Shown: in pieces, positions 56,088 through 64,000 of the stretch
Position numbering within the stretch: position 1 is the first letter of the stretch
Layout of the letters: every line of letters starts with the position of its first letter
Assembly: GCA_963665815.1 (NCBI GenBank)
Contig: OY762463.1
Coordinates: 192,001 to 256,000, forward strand
Reading direction: 5' to 3'
Length of the DNA: 64,000 bases
Origin: Candidatus Cloacimonadales bacterium
GTDB taxonomy: Bacteria; Cloacimonadota; Cloacimonadia; Cloacimonadales; JAIOQZ01
Translations under genes and position numbers: made by a program
The notes under the pieces: model-generated
Seen by the model: the letters and a program-made list of their open reading frames with translations, nothing else
Databases searched by the model: none
What the model was told of the DNA's origin: nothing

Positions 56088-57476
56088 ATGATCCGTAAGT
56101 CTACAATTGATCGGGTGATTAACAAAGCCTTGTCAAACGGTGCTGATTTTGCAGAAATCTTTGCTGAGAATACTTACTCTTCAACTCTTAATATGAACAA
56201 TAGAGTTATCAAGCAAAGTATTGTCGGAAATGATTATGGTGCAGGAATCAGAGTGTTCTATGGCAATAGTGCAATTTATGCCTATACAAATGATCTTAGT
56301 GAACAATCACTGATGAAAGTCGCTGAGGCTATCAGTAAAGCACAATCTTCAGATACAATCATTAAACCTGTAGAAGTTGAAAAAGAAGATGTAAATTCTA
56401 TTCATAAGTTTATGCAAAAACATGATGATGTATCCAAACAAGAAAAGATTGAAATATTGACAAGAGCTGACAAAGCTGCAAGAAACTATGATTCTTTGAT
56501 TACAGAAGTTGATATAAGAATGATGGAGAAAATGCAGAGAGTTTTGATTGCTAACAGTGAAGGGCTTTATAAAGAGGATGAACGATTTTATTCACGACTT
56601 TATACTACTGCAATTGCAGAAAAAAATGGTGAAAAGCAAACCGGATCAGATGGTCCCGGATCTTTACAGGGATTTGAGTTTTTCAGAAATCTTGATGTAG
56701 ATAAAGTTGGTATTGAAGCTGCACGTATCGCAGTAACAATGATAAATGCAGATTACGCACCGGGTGGAACTTTCCCGGTAATTATAGATAATGGATTTGG
56801 AGGAGTTATCTTCCACGAAGCGTGTGGACATGCTCTGGAGACAACTTCAGTTGCCAAAGGTGCATCGGTTTTTGCCGATAAACTTAATCAGAAGATTGCT
56901 CATGAAGCAGTTACAGCAATTGATGATGGTACAATGCCAAACACATGGGGATCTATTGCAATTGATGATGAAGGAACTCCAACACAGAAAACTGTTCTTA
57001 TCGAAAATGGTATCCTGAAATCATTTATGATTGATAAACTTGGCGGAAGAAAAATCGGTATGAAATCTACCGGATCCGGAAGACGCCAGTCATATAAGTT
57101 TGCTCCTACATCCAGAATGAGAAACACATTTCTTGCTCCGGGGAAATATAAACTGGAAGATCTGATTGCTACTGTTGATTACGGTATATATGCTAAAAAA
57201 ATGGGTGGCGGATCAGTTATGCCCGGAACAGGAAATTACAATTTCTCAGTTGCAGAAGGCTATATCATAAGAAACGGAAAAATTATGGAACCGGTAAGAG
57301 GTGCTACTCTTATTGGAAACGGTGCTGAAACTCTTCATAAAATCAGTATGGTTGCAGATAACCTGGCATTGGCTCCCGGTATGTGCGGTTCTGTGAGTGG
57401 AAGTGTACCAACAACAGTTGGGCAGCCTGCTATCAGAGTTGATGAGATAATTGTTGGCGGAAGAAAGGAGCAGTAA
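56088..57476 (+). CDS. tldD: TldD metalloprotease subunit
   Basis: HEACGH zinc motif, DDEG, STGSGRRQSY, SRMRNT, GMCG..SG.VP..VGQP. Confidence 0.94.
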   Translation: MIRKSTIDRVINKALSNGADFAEIFAENTYSSTLNMNNRVIKQSIVGNDYGAGIRVFYGNSAIYAYTNDLSEQSLMKVAEAISKAQSSDTIIKPVEVEKEDVNSIHKFMQKHDDVSKQEKIEILTRADKAARNYDSLITEVDIRMMEKMQRVLIANSEGLYKEDERFYSRLYTTAIAEKNGEKQTGSDGPGSLQGFEFFRNLDVDKVGIEAARIAVTMINADYAPGGTFPVIIDNGFGGVIFHEACGHALETTSVAKGASVFADKLNQKIAHEAVTAIDDGTMPNTWGSIAIDDEGTPTQKTVLIENGILKSFMIDKLGGRKIGMKSTGSGRRQSYKFAPTSRMRNTFLAPGKYKLEDLIATVDYGIYAKKMGGGSVMPGTGNYNFSVAEGYIIRNGKIMEPVRGATLIGNGAETLHKISMVADNLALAPGMCGSVSGSVPTTVGQPAIRVDEIIVGGRKEQ

Positions 57477-57477
57477 G

Positions 57478-58824
57478 ATGAGTGATAAAATGAGAAATGA
57501 AGATAAATTTGAACTTATCAGAAAATATGCGGAAGGCAGAGTGGATGATATTGAAGTTGTAATGAGTACTGATCAAACTTTCTCTACCAGGGTGCATAAA
57601 CAGAAAACAGAATCTTTCGACTACTCCAATAGTAAGGGAATAGGACTCAGAATCAAGAAAGACGGGAAAATCGGTTATTCATACACAGAAAATTTTGATG
57701 ATGATGTAATTAAAGGAATGATAGATGAAGCTATTGCTAATTCCAAAATTCTAAGCTCTGATGATGAAGAGTATATTGAAAAATTCGATCATGAAGATAA
57801 AGATCTTAAAATATATAATCCTGATTTAAATTCTATTCCTATTGAGAAGAAAATTGAACTGCTTAAAGCTCTTGAAGATAAAATCTACAAAATGGACAAA
57901 AGAGTAATCAATGTACCTTATTGTGGTTATAGTGATGGCTCATCAAGCTTCAGAATTTTTAACTCTAAAGGAATGGATAAAACTTTCTCAAGCAACAGTG
58001 TTGTAATGTATGCTGGAGCTCTTGCCGAAGAAAACGGTGAAAAGAGATCAGCAATGGATTTCATTATTACAAGGGATTTTGCTGACGTTAACCCGGATAA
58101 AATCGCAGAGAAATCTGTAAGCAAAACAATTGATCTTCTTAACTCAAAACCTCTCGAAAAGGGACAATATCCTGTTGTATTTAACAACTCTGCAGCTTCA
58201 TCATTGCTGGGTACTTTTATTGGTACTTTCTCATCAAGAGAAGTACAGGAAGGTCGGTCTCTGCTTAAAGGAAAGATGAACACTAAAATTGCAGGAGATA
58301 ATGTAACTCTTATTGATGATGGTCTCTATGTTAATGGAATATCTTCCAAGCCATTCGATGGTGAAGGATATCCATCACAGACAACAGTTCTCATGGAAAA
58401 CGGTGTCTTGAACAATTTCCTTTATAACACAATCACTGCACGAAAAGATGGAGTTAAATCCACAGGCAATGCAAGCCGATACTATAAAGGCGAGATTGGT
58501 GTTGGTACAACAAACATTATCCTGAAACCGGGAACAGATAACAGAGAAGCTCTTCTCGGAAGTGCTAATAAGGTAATAGAAATTGTTTCTCTTCAGGGAC
58601 TCCATTCCGGAGCAAATCCAATATCTGGAGATTTCTCATTGTCAGCTGAAGGATTTCTTTATGAAAACGGCGTAAAGCAGCATTCACTTAAAAGCTTTAT
58701 CGTCTCAGGAAACTTCTTTGATGTGATGAAGAATATCGATGGGTTTGCTGATGACTTCGAATTCAGTATGAGCTCAATCGGAACAGCATCCATTCTTGTT
58801 AATGGACTTGCCGTAAGCGGTTAA
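57478..58824 (+). CDS. pmbA: PmbA/TldE partner subunit
   Basis: FDGEG, STGNA, ISGDFS, no HExxH; ATG 57478 after AAGGAG. Confidence 0.92.
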   Translation: MSDKMRNEDKFELIRKYAEGRVDDIEVVMSTDQTFSTRVHKQKTESFDYSNSKGIGLRIKKDGKIGYSYTENFDDDVIKGMIDEAIANSKILSSDDEEYIEKFDHEDKDLKIYNPDLNSIPIEKKIELLKALEDKIYKMDKRVINVPYCGYSDGSSSFRIFNSKGMDKTFSSNSVVMYAGALAEENGEKRSAMDFIITRDFADVNPDKIAEKSVSKTIDLLNSKPLEKGQYPVVFNNSAASSLLGTFIGTFSSREVQEGRSLLKGKMNTKIAGDNVTLIDDGLYVNGISSKPFDGEGYPSQTTVLMENGVLNNFLYNTITARKDGVKSTGNASRYYKGEIGVGTTNIILKPGTDNREALLGSANKVIEIVSLQGLHSGANPISGDFSLSAEGFLYENGVKQHSLKSFIVSGNFFDVMKNIDGFADDFEFSMSSIGTASILVNGLAVSG

Positions 58825-58843
58825 GATATATATTATCATAATA

Positions 58844-58876
58844 GACAGGCTGTAAACTTTGCAGCCTGTTTTTTTT
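58844..58876 (+). terminator. Intrinsic terminator after tldD-pmbA
   Basis: GACAGGCTGTAA-act-TTGCAGCCTGTT followed by a T-run. Confidence 0.85.
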
Positions 58877-59338
58877 ATCCTCTACAATTTTTTTTTACTG
58901 ACACATTTATTCTGACATAAATAGACAATTTGATTTAACAATTTTGACACATAAGTATGTAAGTTGGCAATGAATTATTTCATTACAATAGTTTTTCATC
59001 TTTATTATAGTTTTTTTTGTCAAACATATAATTTGCTTTGAGAACTATTTGATATTATCTATCATACAAAACTGCTGTTTTAACTAATCGGAAAATATAA
59101 AAAACTTTACAATGAATAAACTAATATATTTTTTGAATGTGCATTCGAGAGCATTTTTCTCAGGGTGTGAGTTTCCAATTACTTCTTTTATCAGTTTGTT
59201 GTTTAATAAATATAATTGCTACCTAATTTAAATTGCCGTTTTTAACTATCAATGTAAGTACTCTATAAAACAAATTATCATTTAATTGACAAAAAACAAA
59301 TATATTTAAGTCTGCATGTAAAAAATGGTGGAGGTTCC

Positions 59339-60319
59339 ATGATTCCGGTTATAGATTTACATGCAGATTCTTTTTCTAAGCGCATGGCTTACGACAGACA
59401 TAACATTTTCGATAAATGCTACATCAAAATAAAAAACAACTTCTACAGTCTGGAAAGCTCATTTCATATCAATGATCAGGCTGTTAAACAGGGTAACCTG
59501 AGAGTTCAGACGCAATCGCTTTATATAGATGATGCAGAAATGCAGTATCCGTTCAAAGCCGGAATGATGATGATTCAGAAGATGCTGAAGTTCGTACAGG
59601 ATCATGATGAGTATATAATCATTCGGAATCAGGCTGATCTTGATCGATGTCTCAACGGTGAGAAATACGGCATTCAGATTTCTATTGAAGGTCTGGAAGT
59701 ACTCGAAAACAATCTTGATCTACTGGATATCTTCCATGAGCTTGGGGTAAGGATTATTGCACCCACATGGAACAGAGTACTCCCGTATATGATGCCTGTT
59801 GGCTGCGAGGGGGGATTGCTGAAGAAAGGTAAAAGACTGATTGAGAAGATGAATAACTGGAATTGTCTGATAGATGTTTCTCATATGTCAGAAGGAAGCT
59901 TCTTCGATGTGGAAAGGGAATTCAAGGGGATTATGATTGCATCCCACTCCAATCCGAAAACACTTAACTCTCACCAGAGAAATCTGACTGACGATCAGGT
60001 TAAGGTTATTCAGGAGCGTGGGGGAGTCATGGGTATAAATCTGGCACCTGCGTTTATAGAACCAATTGACAAAAAATCTGATAACGGTCTGGAATGGATT
60101 TATGGGATTGTCGATTATGTATGCTCAAATTTCAGCGAGGATATCATTGCATTTGGCTGTGACTTTGATGGAATAATGTCATTACCTCCCGGAATAAAAG
60201 ACTGCAGTTTCTTCTCGGAACTCAATTCATATCTATCCCAAAAGGGATTTAGCAATGATCTTCTGGAGAAGCTGTACTACAAAAACGCGGAACGGGTTAT
60301 CAAGTCAGTGTTACCATAA
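59339..60319 (+). CDS. Membrane dipeptidase (peptidase M19)
   Basis: DLHAD, SIEG, IDVSHM, ASHSN, RNLTD, GCDFDG. Confidence 0.92.
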   Translation: MIPVIDLHADSFSKRMAYDRHNIFDKCYIKIKNNFYSLESSFHINDQAVKQGNLRVQTQSLYIDDAEMQYPFKAGMMMIQKMLKFVQDHDEYIIIRNQADLDRCLNGEKYGIQISIEGLEVLENNLDLLDIFHELGVRIIAPTWNRVLPYMMPVGCEGGLLKKGKRLIEKMNNWNCLIDVSHMSEGSFFDVEREFKGIMIASHSNPKTLNSHQRNLTDDQVKVIQERGGVMGINLAPAFIEPIDKKSDNGLEWIYGIVDYVCSNFSEDIIAFGCDFDGIMSLPPGIKDCSFFSELNSYLSQKGFSNDLLEKLYYKNAERVIKSVLP

Positions 60320-60406
60320 TAAATAAATACCAAAACAAGGAAATATTTAAGAAAAAACATTGGAATTCTTGACATCAATCACGATGTTTCAATTGTAAAT
60401 CAAATA

Positions 60407-60462
60407 GAGAGCTTTGCATAATTGCAAAATCGAGTCAAATACTTCAATTATTCAAAGGTCTC
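60407..60462 (+). mobile_element. MITE copy E (56 bp, both ends)
   Basis: Left GAGAGCTTTGCATAATTG; right end reverse complement GAGACCTTTGAATAATTG. Confidence 0.8.
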
Positions 60463-60489
60463 AAAAAATATTCGAATAAATTTGGAGGA

Positions 60490-61665
60490 ATGATGATATA
60501 TAGAAAATCAATAGATGGGAAACTGGAAGTTTCACCTTTAGGCTTTGGTGCAATGCGACTGCCATTAAATAGTGATGATCAGAAAGATATAAATGAAGAA
60601 AAAGCAATTGGCATGATCCGCTCTGCGATCGACAGTGGAATTAATTACGTAGACACGGCTTATGACTACCACCAACAGCAAAGCGAACGTCTGGTAAACA
60701 AAGCTCTACAAGACGGATACAGAGAAAAAGTTCTGCTGGCTGATAAACTCCCTATGTGGCATATCAAAGAAAAAAAAGATATGGAACGCATTTTTAACGA
60801 GCAATTGGAAAAACTCGGAACGGATAAAATTGATCTCTATATGCTTCATGCTATGAATGCTAAGTACTGGCAGCTTGTTAAAGACTTTGATATTATGAGC
60901 TGGATGGAACAGAAAAAGAAAGATGGCAAGATCGGACAGATCGGTTTTTCATTTCATGATTCTTTTAACTCCTTCAAAATGATTGTTGATGAATATGATA
61001 AATGGGATTTCTGTCAGATTCAGTATAATCTGATGGATGAAGACTATCAGGCTGGAAAGGCAGGTCTGAAGTACGCCTACGAAAGAGGGATTAATGTAGT
61101 TGTGATGGAACCGCTCAGAGGTGGAGATATTGTTAAAAGCATACCGGATCAGGTTAAAGAAGTCTATGATACTGCTGAGAATAAAAGATCATACGCAGGG
61201 TGGGCATTGCAATGGCTGTGGGATCAACCGGAAGTCTGGCTTGTCCTCAGCGGAATGAACACTCAGGAAGAAGTAGACGAGGATGTACGTCTTGCTGCTG
61301 ATTCCGAAGTAAACAAATTCTCTGAAGCAGATGCAGCACTGATTAAGAAAGTACAAGATCAGTACAGAAACATGCAGTTCACAAGATGTACCGGGTGTAA
61401 CTATTGTAAGAGCTGTCCGGAAGGAATAAATATTCCTCAGCAGTTAAAACTTCTTGATGAGTATTCTATGTATCATAATGATGCAAAAGTAAAATTCCAC
61501 ATGATGTTTGTTAAATTCGAAGAACGAGCAATTCATTGTACTGCATGTGGCCATTGCGTTGAGCTTTGTCCTCAGCAGATTGATATTCCTTCACATTTGA
61601 AGAAGTACTCAGAAATGTACAAAAACTATGGTCTGCCAATGGAAAAGCCTGAGGTTAAGAAATAA
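60490..61665 (+). CDS. Aldo/keto reductase with a C-terminal 4Fe-4S domain
   Basis: LGFGAMRLP, DTAYDYH, GFSFHD, MEPLRGG, CTGCNYC..CP, CTACGHC..CPQ. Confidence 0.93.
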   Translation: MMIYRKSIDGKLEVSPLGFGAMRLPLNSDDQKDINEEKAIGMIRSAIDSGINYVDTAYDYHQQQSERLVNKALQDGYREKVLLADKLPMWHIKEKKDMERIFNEQLEKLGTDKIDLYMLHAMNAKYWQLVKDFDIMSWMEQKKKDGKIGQIGFSFHDSFNSFKMIVDEYDKWDFCQIQYNLMDEDYQAGKAGLKYAYERGINVVVMEPLRGGDIVKSIPDQVKEVYDTAENKRSYAGWALQWLWDQPEVWLVLSGMNTQEEVDEDVRLAADSEVNKFSEADAALIKKVQDQYRNMQFTRCTGCNYCKSCPEGINIPQQLKLLDEYSMYHNDAKVKFHMMFVKFEERAIHCTACGHCVELCPQQIDIPSHLKKYSEMYKNYGLPMEKPEVKK

Positions 61666-62339
61666 TGAATATTCTCGCTATTGATACATCATCAATGTCC
61701 GGAAGTGTAGCTGTTGGTAGCTACGAAAAACTGGTAAACCTCTCGTATCTGGACCTCAAATCCACACATTCCGAAAGGCTTATGCCTCAGATAGATTCCT
61801 CTTTGAAAGCTTCAGGGCTTACTATTGAAGATATTGGCTGTATTGCTGTTGTAACTGGTCCCGGTTCTTTTACAGGGCTCAGGATCGGACTGGCTACCGC
61901 TAAAGGCTTGTGCGTTGCCAGAAAAATCCCACTCGTTGCAGTAAGGTCACTTGATGTCCTGGCATTTCAGGTTACGGGTGTAGAAAAGCCTGTTATCGCC
62001 TGTATTGATGCCAGAATGGGGGAGATCTATGCTGCAGTTTACGATAAAAGCATGAATTACTTAATCGAACCGGATAATTTTAAACCAGATGTCTTCACAA
62101 AAAAATGCATAGAATTGGATGATACGTTCTATGCTGTTGGTTCCGGATTGATGTTGATAAAAGATGAGATGAAACTTGTGGAAGGTGCAATGCATCAGAA
62201 CATAATTATGGCATCATCGTTGATAAGCTATATGAAGCATAAAGGGCTTAAACCTGTATATAATCCTGATTTTGTGGCATTAGTTGAGCCTGAATATATG
62301 CGTAAATCTCAAGCTGAATTGAATTTTAAGAAGAGTTAG
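61665..62339 (+). CDS. tsaB: tRNA threonylcarbamoyladenosine biosynthesis protein TsaB
   Basis: ILAIDTS, HSERLMP, GPGSFTGLRIG, IDARMGEIY, PEYMR. Confidence 0.95.
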   Translation: MNILAIDTSSMSGSVAVGSYEKLVNLSYLDLKSTHSERLMPQIDSSLKASGLTIEDIGCIAVVTGPGSFTGLRIGLATAKGLCVARKIPLVAVRSLDVLAFQVTGVEKPVIACIDARMGEIYAAVYDKSMNYLIEPDNFKPDVFTKKCIELDDTFYAVGSGLMLIKDEMKLVEGAMHQNIIMASSLISYMKHKGLKPVYNPDFVALVEPEYMRKSQAELNFKKS

Positions 62340-62363
62340 TCTGTTTAAAATTTAAGATTCAGT

Positions 62364-63290
62364 CTATTTTATATATTTCTTAATATCTTTTGCCAGAATA
62401 GAAGAAAATTTCTTTGCACCTGTATGATTCAGATGTAGCTCATCGTAAAAGTATTCCTGTTTCTTCATGTAATCGTATTTACCATTATTATAGTCAAGTA
62501 GAGGGATGTTGTACTTTTTTCTGTATTCTGTGAACTTTTCAGGATAATCATTTTTATCAAAATAGTATATAGGAGCATCAACAAAAATTAGATTTATATC
62601 ATTATCTCTACATATTTTCATTGTATATATGAATTCATCAACTATTTCTTCTTTATATACATGAGGTGAGGTTACAGTTTCTGGGACTTCAGGAACAAGG
62701 GTTCCTGTCATTGGGCTGAAACCTTTTGTCCTCATTATATCTTGAGCTAAAAACTTCTCTTTGAGGATATAGAATATTTTTGAGTTATACTTTAGTGATT
62801 TTAAGATAAGATACATTCTATTCTTTGAGTTCAGCTTCAGTAGTCTCTCTTTAATAATTGGGTGATCATATATGACAGACAGCTTGTCGAAGCCTGAATC
62901 AATCTCTACATTACAGGAAGATCTTCTTACAGTCATAACAAGATTCTCAGGTATGTAACCTTTATCAATCATATACATAAGTGCACTGTTCTGAGAGTAT
63001 ATACTTATTCCATTCACTCCGGTGTTTAATACTGAAATGTTTAGTTCTTTTTCAAGAGTATCCGGGATCAGGTGCTTATATATGCGAGAATTACCATGCA
63101 GAAGCAAATCGGGTTTTGACTCTATTGCAGCAAAATATTTTCCACAGTATTTTCCATTCCTTGCTGAAAGAGCCATACGATTTAAAGGAATTGAAACAAT
63201 ATTATCAATAGAAACTACTATTATCACAAGTATAACAATCTTAACAAACAGTTTCATACTAGAATTGGAAATAAATGAACTGGGAATCAT
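62364..63290 (-). CDS. Membrane-anchored SGNH-like protein (likely partner of the MBOAT acyltransferase)
   Basis: N-terminal TM, GNSR block I, NTGVNG, DELHLN (DxxH); coupled to the MBOAT gene. Confidence 0.7.
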   Translation of the reverse strand: MIPSSFISNSSMKLFVKIVILVIIVVSIDNIVSIPLNRMALSARNGKYCGKYFAAIESKPDLLLHGNSRIYKHLIPDTLEKELNISVLNTGVNGISIYSQNSALMYMIDKGYIPENLVMTVRRSSCNVEIDSGFDKLSVIYDHPIIKERLLKLNSKNRMYLILKSLKYNSKIFYILKEKFLAQDIMRTKGFSPMTGTLVPEVPETVTSPHVYKEEIVDEFIYTMKICRDNDINLIFVDAPIYYFDKNDYPEKFTEYRKKYNIPLLDYNNGKYDYMKKQEYFYDELHLNHTGAKKFSSILAKDIKKYIK

Positions 63291-64000
63291 TTAATACTCC
63301 TAAGAAAATAATTGCAAAAATACCGAAAATATAAATCATCCATCTGGTTATCAAGGATCTTTCTTTAAAGAACTTATCTAACCCTTTAAATCTTATAATT
63401 GAATCAACAGTTACTAACAATACAATTCCAAAAATATAGTATACCCATAATCTTGATTTAGCCCAGAAAGGAACATCAATCTGGAATTTAACAAGCTTGT
63501 AAATAATAGAAAAAGCATCATTAACAGTAACTGCTCGGAAGAAAATGAGCCCGAAGCAAAGCATTACAAATGTAATCAAACCTCGGATTATTGTCAGAGG
63601 ATATTCCATAGAATGTTTCCTCATAAATTTTGTGATTGCTTTTTTTCTTTTTCTGACAATTATATCAAAACAAAGATAAACACCTTGTATGATGCCCCAT
63701 ATAACGAAAGTCCAGTTTGCTCCATGCCATAATCCACTGATAGTGAATGTAAGCATTGTAACAGAAAGAATACGCCATAAGACAGGATTTTTCTCTATCA
63801 ATGGGAAATATATATAATCTCTGAACCAAGTAGTAAGAGAGATATGATTTCTTTTCCAGTATTCAGTAACATTTGTACTGAAATAAGGTGTTTTGAAGTT
63901 ATCCATCAAACTAAATCCCATGCTTCTGGCAGTTCCGATTGCAATATCAGAGTAGCCAGAGAAATCACAGTAAATTTGAATGGCAAAGAATATTGAAGCA
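63259..64000 (-). CDS. MBOAT family O-acyltransferase (AlgI-like); 5' part lies outside the window
   Basis: QIYCDFSGYSDIA (upstream of the track start, same frame), NF.TPY, W.R.HISL..W.RDY, SGLWHGA, FIYFQF. Confidence 0.93.
   Translation of the reverse strand, partial: ASIFFAIQIYCDFSGYSDIAIGTARSMGFSLMDNFKTPYFSTNVTEYWKRNHISLTTWFRDYIYFPLIEKNPVLWRILSVTMLTFTISGLWHGANWTFVIWGIIQGVYLCFDIIVRKRKKAITKFMRKHSMEYPLTIIRGLITFVMLCFGLIFFRAVTVNDAFSIIYKLVKFQIDVPFWAKSRLWVYYIFGIVLLVTVDSIIRFKGLDKFFKERSLITRWMIYIFGIFAIIFLGVLNDSQFIYFQF

Noticed and set aside
56088-60319. RiPP cluster around tldD/pmbA
   Set aside because: No precursor peptide or modifying enzyme nearby; consistent with housekeeping proteolysis.

Overview
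AT-rich chromosomal window (standard code) from an anaerobic, probably diderm bacterium; I cannot assign a lineage from sequence alone. It holds about 42 CDSs and no recognisable rRNA, tRNA, CRISPR array or intact transposase. Main blocks: (1) folE2/apbE/cheY-like genes; (2) a TetR cassette (LolA-like protein, outer-membrane protein, MMPL/RND transporter, methyltransferase) carrying four copies of an AGAAC-N3-GTTC operator; (3) a variable region at ~10-23 kb with a 910-aa MORN-type repeat protein, orphan membrane proteins, a nonsense-interrupted lipoprotein gene, a B12 radical SAM enzyme, aqpZ inside a dense cluster of REP-like repeats (including a 35-bp tandem array), and a 1073-aa HD-phosphohydrolase + HSP90-like ATPase candidate defence protein; (4) a rex-hydCBA-hfsABC locus (bifurcating plus sensory [FeFe] hydrogenases) with non-canonical CGTGA-N6-TCACG Rex-like boxes; (5) alpha-2-macroglobulin + pbpC; (6) signalling genes (TPR-HisKA without ATPase domain, REC-PEP/pyruvate-binding protein, MASE1/HK/RR/hybrid HK); (7) housekeeping genes (aroA, THUMP methylase, tldD/pmbA, dipeptidase, AKR, tsaB) and an MBOAT/SGNH pair. 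A MITE family with IS5-like ends occurs in five intergenic copies. All protein calls are motif recognition by eye; no database search was run.
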